A DNA stretch of 64,000 bases from Acinetobacter phage vB_AbaM_ME3. Of the stretch, positions 1-8,782 are shown piece after piece. The position numbers and the translations under genes are program-made. The notes below the pieces were generated by a model. The model worked only from the letters and a program-made list of their open reading frames with translations, had not been told where the DNA came from and made no database searches. The DNA lies in sequence record KU935715.1, one strand, 5' to 3'. Position 1 is the stretch's first letter, and each line of letters begins with the position of its first letter.

Positions 1-95
1 GAGACTTATCTCTATAAACAATAGAATTAATAATAGATACTAACCACAATTCATAATCATGACTATCATCTAGAAATGTTTGAACTTGTTCTTCG

Positions 96-377
96 TTACT
101 CATCATTTATCCTATTAGCTAGATCAATAATGTGATGGGCTTTCATAGCTATGTTTAATCCAAAACTATCTATATGTTTTAAAAGTTCATATGATACAGC
201 TTTTCCATTAGATACCAAATTTACCTTGTTTTCTTGTAATTCTTTTGGAAGGTAATTAGTACTAATAGTTAGAAGAAGATTGGAAAGAATAAGAAGCTTT
301 TCAGTATCATTTAAAGATTCAAATAATGTTTCTTCAATAGTAGATATAGTGTGTATTACTTTATCTTCATTAATCAT
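96..377 (-). CDS. hypothetical protein
   Basis: ORF track, 93 aa; no recognisable motif. Confidence 0.45.
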   Translation of the reverse strand: MINEDKVIHTISTIEETLFESLNDTEKLLILSNLLLTISTNYLPKELQENKVNLVSNGKAVSYELLKHIDSFGLNIAMKAHHIIDLANRINDE

Positions 378-481
378 TATGGCCCTCTAAATCATCTGAA
401 ATATCTGTAGCTTTAGTAATATCGAAAATTCTACTTGCAATATTAACTCTAGCTTGATGTCTTTTATCAACTTCTCGCTTA

Positions 482-718
482 TCAAACTCTCCGCTTACAA
501 TAAACACAACTATAAAGAGAGTTATTAAAACTGTAACTATTTAACTTAAAACATTGCTGACATCTAATTGTAGTACTTTTAAGATCTTTTTCAGAATAAG
601 TTAAATATCTATCAGCAGAATACACTATCTTTTTTGCAGTATGACGAAATACAGTATTAATAAAGATGTCTACAAACTTAGTTTTATAACTAATTTGATT
701 AAATTTTTTATACTTCAT
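482..718 (-). CDS. hypothetical small protein with C-terminal CxxC...CxxC zinc-ribbon
   Basis: 78 aa; C-terminus CQQC...CVYC. Confidence 0.4.
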   Translation of the reverse strand: MKYKKFNQISYKTKFVDIFINTVFRHTAKKIVYSADRYLTYSEKDLKSTTIRCQQCFKLNSYSFNNSLYSCVYCKRRV

Positions 719-1423
719 TTATAAATTATCTCCAATTTTCTTATTTAATGTCATAAGAATATCAAAGTCTCTTAATAAACTAGAAGTTAAGTTATAAAAT
801 TCTAAAAGTTCTGCATAGCTTACAGAAGGATTACTATCTAATTCTTTACGAATTTCTTTTACAACTGGTTTAGATTCTTCCTTAGGAGCTTCTTCTTGTT
901 CTTCACAAATTAAATCCAATACTTTAGTAGTATCTTTAATAACTTCTGTATTAAGAGAATCTTTAATAGGAAGAGAAGTAACTTTAGATGTAGGTTCAGA
1001 AGAAGTAAATCCACTAACTGTAGTAGTATAACTAGTCAAAAAGGTTTTAAGCTTAGTCCATGTAGTTCTTTTTAAGGCTTCATTCTTTTCGTCAAACAAT
1101 TCATCTAAGTTATTAAGTAACCCAAGAATATAAATGCGTTTAGTATCGTTTTGATAATAACGAGAGAAAAACTTAAAAGGCTGTTCTCCAATTATTTGAC
1201 CAGTCTGAATAGAAATTTCTGTATATGTCTTGTTTAAACATATAACATAATTCTTAGAGCCTTCTTCTTTTAATAAGGCTAAATATTCTTCTTCTGTTCT
1301 AAATTGAATTTTAGAAATAGGAAATTTGGCTTTATCTAAAACAACAGTCAAAAATTTATTTAATAGTGTACTTGTTTCTATCTCTGAGTTGTAAACAACA
1401 TAAATATTAGAATCACCAACCAT
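719..1423 (-). CDS. hypothetical protein
   Basis: 234 aa ORF; start abuts stop of upstream gene. Confidence 0.5.
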   Translation of the reverse strand: MVGDSNIYVVYNSEIETSTLLNKFLTVVLDKAKFPISKIQFRTEEEYLALLKEEGSKNYVICLNKTYTEISIQTGQIIGEQPFKFFSRYYQNDTKRIYILGLLNNLDELFDEKNEALKRTTWTKLKTFLTSYTTTVSGFTSSEPTSKVTSLPIKDSLNTEVIKDTTKVLDLICEEQEEAPKEESKPVVKEIRKELDSNPSVSYAELLEFYNLTSSLLRDFDILMTLNKKIGDNL

Positions 1424-1778
1424 AAACTCTCTCCTTTGCTTTATTTAATAATACTTGTAAACCTTGTACTTCTGCCATAGAAAGAACAAGACTGAGATTT
1501 AAATCTCTTACTCCACTTTCCTCTAGTTTTAAAACTAAAGAATTAAGTTCACTAGTTTCATATTCCATACTAAAAGCTTTATAGCCTGTAGGAGTAGTAA
1601 ATTTAATTAAAGATGAAGTTTGTTTTGTATCATTAAACAATACTAAAAGTTGATCTATAGCATTTGCTGAAATCTTAAAACTAATTTTATTGTTTACCCA
1701 ATCATAGATATTATAAGTATCACGATTGTGAAGAACTGGAGCTGCTTCTACGTAAAGACATCCGTGTAGAACTTCCAT
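1413..1778 (-). CDS. hypothetical protein
   Basis: 121 aa ORF; 11-nt overlap with the downstream gene. Confidence 0.45.
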   Translation of the reverse strand: MEVLHGCLYVEAAPVLHNRDTYNIYDWVNNKISFKISANAIDQLLVLFNDTKQTSSLIKFTTPTGYKAFSMEYETSELNSLVLKLEESGVRDLNLSLVLSMAEVQGLQVLLNKAKERVYGW

Positions 1779-1891
1779 CAGCAGGATGAAGAGTAAAACG
1801 GAAAGAGGTATCTTTACTGTAATAAGTTGGTTGAGCTAACATATTATTTGAATAACCTTTTTATAAACTTTTTATAATCTATTTTATTTTC

Positions 1892-2443
1892 TTATTTTGA
1901 TAAAGCTGTACGAGACGAGCAATATTCAAACTTACGATTACGAATCGATTTAATGGAATCTTCAGTCCCTTTATAACGTTTTAACATATCACTATAAAGA
2001 GTTACATTATATCCTTTATCTAACAATTCAGTTAGAACAGTTTTATACATACCATGTAAGTCTACACCACAGATATGTATTTCATAGTCTTCTGGACGAA
2101 GAACAAAATCTAAATCTCGACCACTTAATTGTAATTTCGTACCATCTTCTTGAACTACAGATAGTTCATTAGTATGGTCAATAAGATTAGTACTATTTAA
2201 ACGTAAATTAACAATACGTTGATTACGAATACCATTAAATACATTAACATCTTTACGTTGATCTTTAGGACCAAGAACGTCAATATAACCAAAGAATTTA
2301 TCTTTGTTTTGATCAATAAGGGATTTAATACGAGAATCTAATTCATTAGTATGTTGGAGCTGTTTATGAGAATTAGTTGAAAAAAATGTATCAGCTACGC
2401 CAGAAACTAAGAGAATGATATTTTTGTTAGATTGTTGAGTCAT
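1892..2443 (-). CDS. hypothetical protein
   Basis: 183 aa ORF; no confident family assignment. Confidence 0.5.
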   Translation of the reverse strand: MTQQSNKNIILLVSGVADTFFSTNSHKQLQHTNELDSRIKSLIDQNKDKFFGYIDVLGPKDQRKDVNVFNGIRNQRIVNLRLNSTNLIDHTNELSVVQEDGTKLQLSGRDLDFVLRPEDYEIHICGVDLHGMYKTVLTELLDKGYNVTLYSDMLKRYKGTEDSIKSIRNRKFEYCSSRTALSK

Positions 2444-2688
2444 TACGAACTCCTTGATAATTGGGTTTAAAGGGAAAAAGATTTTTATTTATTACGAATT
2501 AGAACTTATTGATTGTCTTCTAATTCTTTTACACGAGCACGTAAAGCAGCAAGTTCTGCATTAGTAGCACTTAAGCTATTAATAAGAGAACGAATAAGAG
2601 CTGATTCTTTAGCTACACGTGGATCAAGAGTTGATTGAATATTATCAACTTTCACATTTAATTTACTTGGATTCATTATAAGTATTCC

Positions 2689-2982
2689 TTAGTTAGATTG
2701 ATTTTGTAGATGAGTATTAACTAATACTTCTAACGCAGTCAATCGATTATTAATATTATTAAAAAGAGAATCAACATAAACTCTCTGAGCTAAACTAAGA
2801 GGTTTATTTTCATCTAAAGTATTTTCTACTAAAGGTATTCCTAAATTAATTTTAAGATCTTTTAGTATATAATTTTTAATTGCTGATACATTTACATAAT
2901 TTTGATTTGAAGTATTATTAATTATTTCAAATTCTTCATTACCTGTAAGAGAATCAGTTTGGTTTAAATTATCTGTTGTCAT
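2689..2982 (-). CDS. small protein carrying a phage tail-fibre repeat (LENTLDENKPLS variant of the NTSDxDKPxS motif)
   Basis: 97 aa; motif shared with the N-termini of the fibre genes in this window. Confidence 0.5.
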   Translation of the reverse strand: MTTDNLNQTDSLTGNEEFEIINNTSNQNYVNVSAIKNYILKDLKINLGIPLVENTLDENKPLSLAQRVYVDSLFNNINNRLTALEVLVNTHLQNQSN

Positions 2983-3379
2983 CTTGACGTTTTTTCTTTA
3001 ATTCATTTATTTCAAGTATAAGCATTTGAATAGTATTATTTAAAACTTCAACTAATCCTTCTAAACCAGAAAATCTTTCTTCAAGAGGCCTAGGAAAAGA
3101 ATATGAAAATTCAGGAGGAGTTATAGAATTTGTTGTGTAATAATAATTAGGCGATCTTGTTGTTGTGACATAAGATTCTAAATCTCTTATTCTTGCACCT
3201 TGAGGTTCTGTGTCTAATATAGTACTAAATACACCGTCAAAATCAAAATCTCCAATACTTATACCATCAGTATTGTTTGAATTTATTGTCATTGGAATGA
3301 TTTCCTTATAATTAAATTTGGAGAGGATAGAGAGGCACGATCTCTCGAAAGAACTGGTCGGAATCCGTCTTTCCACCAT
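2969..3379 (-). CDS. hypothetical protein; true start probably internal Met near 3292
   Basis: 136 aa ORF; AAGGAAAT Shine-Dalgarno lies just before internal ATG (MTINSNN...); upstream part is a GC-rich structured leader. Confidence 0.45.
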   Translation of the reverse strand: MVERRIPTSSFERSCLSILSKFNYKEIIPMTINSNNTDGISIGDFDFDGVFSTILDTEPQGARIRDLESYVTTTRSPNYYYTTNSITPPEFSYSFPRPLEERFSGLEGLVEVLNNTIQMLILEINELKKKRQDDNR

Positions 3380-3417
3380 GTACCCTCTATATGCTTAAAC
3401 ATCTTGCATATAGAGTG

Positions 3418-3471
3418 AAATAAATTCTATTTATTAACTAAGTATTGTCAATTAATAAATAGAATTTATTT
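3418..3471. repeat. perfect 20-bp A/T-only inverted repeat (hairpin), 14-nt spacer
   Basis: aaataaattctatttattaa ... ttaataaatagaatttattt; intergenic, downstream of gene 3548..3880 on the minus strand. Confidence 0.7.
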
Positions 3472-3487
3472 GTTCGTAAAGAAGTTT

Positions 3488-3526
3488 TATAGGATTAGTG
3501 ATAAGACATTCTTATATAATCCTATA
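3488..3526. repeat. 10-bp inverted repeat hairpin (tataggatta ... taatcctata)
   Basis: seen directly in sequence; second hairpin in the same intergenic region. Confidence 0.6.
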
Positions 3527-3547
3527 AACAAAAAATGCTAATAACCC

Positions 3548-3880
3548 CTAAAGATTATTAGCAATAAAAGATTCTAATGCAGCTACTCTATTTTCAAGAG
3601 CAGATACATAAGTAGTAAGAGTAGATAGATGTGAATAAACACCATTGAAATTACTATCAATATAAAGCTTTTGAGCTTTAGATACAGGCTTATCAATATC
3701 ACTAGTGTTATTTAATCTATCTAAATTTAAATTAACTTTAATGTCTTTCAATACCCAAGCTTTTAGTGTATCAGTACGAACGTTTCCAATACCAACATTA
3801 CCTAAAGGGATTGCTTCTATTCCTGTTAAATTAAATATTTCTCTTGTGTTTAAAATATAGTCATTTGTATATGGAAGCAT
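3548..3880 (-). CDS. small protein carrying a phage tail-fibre repeat (NNTSDIDKPVSKAQ)
   Basis: 110 aa; paralogous motif to 2689..2982 and to fibre N-termini. Confidence 0.5.
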   Translation of the reverse strand: MLPYTNDYILNTREIFNLTGIEAIPLGNVGIGNVRTDTLKAWVLKDIKVNLNLDRLNNTSDIDKPVSKAQKLYIDSNFNGVYSHLSTLTTYVSALENRVAALESFIANNL

Positions 3881-3890
3881 AATTAAACTC

Positions 3891-4442
3891 TTAAAAGAGA
3901 ACTGATTCTACTTCAGAGATAGTATTTGCAGCATTAATTGCATCTCTAGCTAGTCTTCCTCTCCTGTGCAATGCAGTAACATGATTTCCTAAAGCTAAAG
4001 CTAGTTGTTGAATTTCTTCAACACTAAGTTCAACTACAGTATCATCTGCTAATGTCCAAGAGACAGGTTGATTAAAAAGATATGCTGCTAAGATTCTTCC
4101 TTGAGAAATATAGTCTGAGTCAAATGGTTTACCATTTAAGACAAATCCTCCAAATTCTTGCTTATTTCTCTCTAGTTTAATCTCTTCCCATTTGAGAGTT
4201 TTAACTTCACTTAAAGAACGAGAGTCCTTCCAAGTTCGACTAACATAATCAAATTTAAAGTAGTAAGCTGGAGGAGAACCAATAGGCATCCAATCAGTAC
4301 CTGTCCAATAATCAGTTGATCTTGGAGGAGGTAATAAAACTGTTGAATGATTTGGAGGAGTTTGACCTATAATTTCAAATGTAGTTCCAGTTAATGTTTT
4401 TATATACTGACCATATTGATTAATTAAATATTCAGTTTTCAT
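3891..4442 (-). CDS. putative tail fibre assembly/chaperone-like protein (paralogue A)
   Basis: 183 aa; shares W..W..IK.ER....GF...G..FDSD..SQ.RI......PVSWTL motif with the adjacent ORF; sits just 3' of a fibre gene. Confidence 0.45.
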   Translation of the reverse strand: MKTEYLINQYGQYIKTLTGTTFEIIGQTPPNHSTVLLPPPRSTDYWTGTDWMPIGSPPAYYFKFDYVSRTWKDSRSLSEVKTLKWEEIKLERNKQEFGGFVLNGKPFDSDYISQGRILAAYLFNQPVSWTLADDTVVELSVEEIQQLALALGNHVTALHRRGRLARDAINAANTISEVESVLF

Positions 4443-4447
4443 TATTT

Positions 4448-4993
4448 TTACAATTCAATTGAATTTACTTCTTCTATAGTTGTAGCAGAATCTAGTTTTT
4501 CTCTAGCTGTTCTACTTCTATCATGAATACTTGTAATATGAGTAGAAAGTACTATTTTTAAATTATTTAAATCCTCAACAGATAAATCAATAGTAGAATT
4601 ATTCTTCAAAGTCCAAGAGACAGGAATACCTAAGCTAATAGCATTAAGTATTCTTGTTTGAGAATTTAAATCGGAATCAAAAATACAGTCTTTGTATTCA
4701 AAGCCAGCATCTTCTAATTCTTGTCTTTGGTTTTTAAGTTCTTCCCACTTAGATTTTTTGAACATATCTAAAGTTCTAAAGTCTTCCCATTGTTTAGTTT
4801 CATAATTAAATTCAGAAAATTCATTAGGCTTATTTGGGATGGGGATAAAATTTTCCCCATCCCAATAACTATTAATATCAGTACAAAATTGATTAATAAT
4901 AATTTGATTTTCAATAAAACAATAAGAAGGTTGTTTAGGTCCAGAAGAAGTCATATAGACTCTTCCAGAAAGATCAACAATAGTATATGCCAT
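4448..4993 (-). CDS. putative tail fibre assembly/chaperone-like protein (paralogue B)
   Basis: 181 aa; tandem paralogue of 3891..4442. Confidence 0.45.
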   Translation of the reverse strand: MAYTIVDLSGRVYMTSSGPKQPSYCFIENQIIINQFCTDINSYWDGENFIPIPNKPNEFSEFNYETKQWEDFRTLDMFKKSKWEELKNQRQELEDAGFEYKDCIFDSDLNSQTRILNAISLGIPVSWTLKNNSTIDLSVEDLNNLKIVLSTHITSIHDRSRTAREKLDSATTIEEVNSIEL

Positions 4994-4995
4994 AA

Positions 4996-7900
4996 TTAAG
5001 CCTTAAATAAAATAATATCAGATTTTAAAGAGTTTGAATCTGTAGTTAAAAAGGTAAAAGAGTTTTCACCAAAAACTTTCCAAACATAACTCAAATAAGC
5101 ATCTCCAGATGGTGATATTTGTAATGAAATTTGATTTTGAACTACTCTAAGTAAATCTGAATCACGTAAGAATAGTAAAACATTATTATTTTGAGAGCTT
5201 TTAATAGCATATCCTGAAGGAGGGTCTACTAAATAATTAACACCATCTCTTAATCCTATACTACTCTCAGTTGTTATATATAGAGCTATACTGAGTTTAT
5301 TTGTAGTATTTGTTAAAGAAGAGAATCTTGATTCTGAGTTGGTTCCTAATTTGGCATAAGCTCTATAAAATTCACCATCAATAGTTCTGGTTTCATCGCC
5401 AGCTGTACCATTAATAGCAGGACGTCTAAAAGTAGTTAACACTAAACATTTATTAATTCTGCTAGGTTGCAGACTTCCAAACCAAACATTGCCATTTTGA
5501 GTTATACTGGCATACTGAGTGACAGAACCATTTTTCATTTGTAAAGTATCCACGGCTAAATCTTTAATATTAGCTGTATCAACTTTGATACTACCTAAAT
5601 TAGCACTAATTGCACTTAAATCAGTTACATCAATACTTTCAGCTTTAATACTTTTAGTTACAATGTTACCACCATCGATTCTAGTAATATTACCTTGAGA
5701 GAATTGAAATGGTTTAGTTTGACTAGCAGATACTTTTTCAAGCATAAACCCAGTCCAGTAAGTTGTAATACCAGTATTTACATTTCTAAGATAATAAGAC
5801 AAATATGGATTAGTTCCACCAGCTGTAAACTTAATATACACTTGTTTCCAACCATCGGAAGCAGATAATACTAGATTACCAGTTCCAGTTCCCGTACCAC
5901 CAGATGAAGTAGCTCCTTCTCTGATAACAGCAGCTAAATTAACTGAAGTTGCAGTAGAAGAAGTTGTTCTAACATAAGCACTAAGAATATACTGTTGTCC
6001 AGTATCTAACTTAAGCCATGCATTAGTAGTGTCACTAGATGGATGCAAATAATAATATGAGTTTGCAGAAGTAGAGACATGCTTAAAGCTATTAGGACCA
6101 AATAATGGATAGTCTTGACTCAATGTATTTGTAGCTCTTTCACCATAACCAGAAGGAAGTGTTGAGTAATTCGAGAAATTATCTAAACCTCCATAAATCA
6201 TATTACCAGAACTTAACAGAATTTGATCTGTAGTAACTGTATCTGATGCAATCTTACCACCATCAATACTACCTCCGCTTGCAACCCATGCTGTATCAAT
6301 AGCTTGAGTAATCAGAGTTCTCTTTTCATAGTAAGTAGCAAAATTAGTATTTAAAGTTGCACGTACTACATCAGAAGTAACATTAAGATTAGACAACAAA
6401 GGATTAACTTGATTAAACAAAGTTGTATAAGCTGTGTTATAAGCATCTTTAGTTGCAGTAGCAATTCCATAAGAATCAGCAGTAGCAGAAATTGTAGTTT
6501 TCTCTTTTAAGATATTATCCCAAATAAGTTTTAACTGTTTTTTCTCTACAGGTGTTAATTTACCATCCGCAGCAATATCATCCACAAGGGAGTTTGCATT
6601 AGCTAAGTTCATAACTACTGTAGGGTCAACTTCAACTACTTTAGCATTAGCTACCCAAGTTGTAGTAGATGTTCCACCATTATAGTAATTCAACCATCTA
6701 ACTGCTATATGAGTGGTAGTCGGTAACATTCTAGCATTTAATAGAACATTTTGACCTATACCTTTCATCATAGATGCCCCAGTTCCAGCAGGCATGATAT
6801 AAGCTGTTCTCTTAACCCAATCTAAATGAGCAGCATGACCACCAGACCAGAAATAAAAGTTAGTATTAACAGCTGAATTATCAGCTCCAGTATCATTTGA
6901 AATACCATGACACCCGATAACAACTCCAGCTTCATTATAACAATGAAGACCAAAATAATCAGTACCAGCAGTATTATTACTAGCTTTCATCCATATACTA
7001 ACTTCATATGCTTTAGAAGGGTCTACAACAAATTTATCTGATAATGCCATAACATCACCAGTTGTAGTGATAGTATGAACAGGTACTGTATAACCAAGGA
7101 AAGCTTGATTACTGACAGTACCAGCACTCCATCTATCAACATTACCACTTCTAGTTACGTTATTAACTAAATTACCAGTAGTATTATCAACATACTTGAT
7201 CAAATCTTCAGGAGCAGGAGACCAAGAAGTATTTCTATTACCAACTTCAAATTTAAAATTGGTTATAGTTAATACACCTTGGAATGCATCTAAACGAATT
7301 TGAACTAATGTAGCAGCAGATGAGCTAGTTACTCCAGACATTTTCCCAACATAAAAGCCAGAAGAATTTGAAGCAGATACTGTAACAGATGGAGCTCCAG
7401 CTGCCCAAGGTACATTAGATAACTGAGGAAGAAATCCTCCAGTTATAGTAGACCCAGATACAGACCAATTAAAACTTACAGTAAATTCATCATTACTATA
7501 TTTTTTACTTAGATTTCCAGCAGTATCATTTAAATAATAAGCTGTTAAACTTTGGTTACCTGTATTGTTACCTGTCAATGTAATAGCATTATCAGTATTA
7601 AGGGCTAAGTTAGTACCACCAACAGATACTTTATCAGTATAAGTCTTAGCACTATCTGCAATTGCCTTTAATAGTTCAGATCTTCTTAAATAATAAGTGG
7701 CAAACCAACTTTGGAACGTACCTCTGGTAATATTACTTGTACTACTCATGTTGCTTAATAATGGAGGAATATTTGCATTCAACGTATCATAAGCAGCACG
7801 ATAAGTAGAGATTGAAAGTCCATAATTAGAAGCTTGCGCTTCATAGTTAGCTTTCTCATTAGTAATTGAGTCCCATTCAGTTTTTAACCATTGTTTCTCT

Positions 7901-8556
7901 AATGGTGTTAACTTATTATCTGAAGATATATCAGATAAGACAGAATTAGCAGTATCAGCATCAGATTGAGCTTTTGCAATACTTTGTAAGAAAGTAGTTG
8001 GAACTAATGAAGCATTGTAAGCCATTGGTGAAATAGTTTGACCGCTTACTGTATAAGCTGTAGTTCTTAAAACAGGAGTTAAATTCTTTTGATGAGTAAT
8101 ATCATATTTTGTCCCACCTCTTAAATAAACATATTCAACAGAGCTATTGCTCATTTGATTAATATTCATTACAGGTGATTGACTACTTGTAGTCCAAGCG
8201 TAAACAACAGTTGTAAAAAATCTATTAACTACTTGAGCTCCCCAACCCGATGCACTAGATGACCATTCAACATTTAAAGAGAATGTTCCAGTGTTATGAG
8301 ACGCCCAAGGAGCAGTATACCTACTTAAAGGAACATAAATTTTAAAGTTATATTGACTAATACCTTGAGCAAGTGCAAAGGTAACTGGATAATAAGTGTT
8401 AGAATCTAAGCTGGATAAATCTATAGTAGTAGTTCTATCAGATTTTTGTTCATCTGAAATAGCCTTTAATAATTCAGAACGTCTAGCATAGTAAGTAGCG
8501 AACCAACTTTGGAATGTTGCTCTTACTACATTACTTGTAGTAGACATATTACTCAA
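4996..8556 (-). CDS. tail fibre protein (fibre 2), main ORF; gene likely extends to 8740 through a frameshift
   Basis: 1186 aa; three internal copies of the L(S/T)NxxxTSxxxRxTFQ(S/T)(W/N)FATYY..R..L..AI unit also found in the giant fibre; Ser/Thr/Gly/Asn-rich. Confidence 0.8.
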   Translation of the reverse strand: MSNMSTTSNVVRATFQSWFATYYARRSELLKAISDEQKSDRTTTIDLSSLDSNTYYPVTFALAQGISQYNFKIYVPLSRYTAPWASHNTGTFSLNVEWSSSASGWGAQVVNRFFTTVVYAWTTSSQSPVMNINQMSNSSVEYVYLRGGTKYDITHQKNLTPVLRTTAYTVSGQTISPMAYNASLVPTTFLQSIAKAQSDADTANSVLSDISSDNKLTPLEKQWLKTEWDSITNEKANYEAQASNYGLSISTYRAAYDTLNANIPPLLSNMSSTSNITRGTFQSWFATYYLRRSELLKAIADSAKTYTDKVSVGGTNLALNTDNAITLTGNNTGNQSLTAYYLNDTAGNLSKKYSNDEFTVSFNWSVSGSTITGGFLPQLSNVPWAAGAPSVTVSASNSSGFYVGKMSGVTSSSAATLVQIRLDAFQGVLTITNFKFEVGNRNTSWSPAPEDLIKYVDNTTGNLVNNVTRSGNVDRWSAGTVSNQAFLGYTVPVHTITTTGDVMALSDKFVVDPSKAYEVSIWMKASNNTAGTDYFGLHCYNEAGVVIGCHGISNDTGADNSAVNTNFYFWSGGHAAHLDWVKRTAYIMPAGTGASMMKGIGQNVLLNARMLPTTTHIAVRWLNYYNGGTSTTTWVANAKVVEVDPTVVMNLANANSLVDDIAADGKLTPVEKKQLKLIWDNILKEKTTISATADSYGIATATKDAYNTAYTTLFNQVNPLLSNLNVTSDVVRATLNTNFATYYEKRTLITQAIDTAWVASGGSIDGGKIASDTVTTDQILLSSGNMIYGGLDNFSNYSTLPSGYGERATNTLSQDYPLFGPNSFKHVSTSANSYYYLHPSSDTTNAWLKLDTGQQYILSAYVRTTSSTATSVNLAAVIREGATSSGGTGTGTGNLVLSASDGWKQVYIKFTAGGTNPYLSYYLRNVNTGITTYWTGFMLEKVSASQTKPFQFSQGNITRIDGGNIVTKSIKAESIDVTDLSAISANLGSIKVDTANIKDLAVDTLQMKNGSVTQYASITQNGNVWFGSLQPSRINKCLVLTTFRRPAINGTAGDETRTIDGEFYRAYAKLGTNSESRFSSLTNTTNKLSIALYITTESSIGLRDGVNYLVDPPSGYAIKSSQNNNVLLFLRDSDLLRVVQNQISLQISPSGDAYLSYVWKVFGENSFTFLTTDSNSLKSDIILFKA

Positions 8557-8740
8557 GAGAGTTGGAATGTTACTATTCAGTGTATTATAAGCTGCTGTAT
8601 AATTTGCAGCTGATACATTATAAGTACTTGCTTGTCCTTCATAATTCGCTTTTTCATTAACAATAGAATTCCCATTCTGTTTTCAAGAGTTGTTTTTCTA
8701 AAGGAGTAAGTTTCGAATCACTAGAAATATCTGACAGCAT
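8557..8740 (-). other. 5' segment of fibre 2 in a different frame (ATG at 8740); junction near 8672 has one extra nucleotide
   Basis: Translation MLSDISSDSKLTPLEKQLLKTEW then frame break; the +1 frame continues NSIVNEKANYEGQAS...SNMSTTSNVVRATFQSW, matching the internal repeat of the main ORF. Confidence 0.6.
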
Positions 8741-8782
8741 AGCATTTTAGCTTGAATTCAGCTTTTGAAGACTTTTGAGCAG

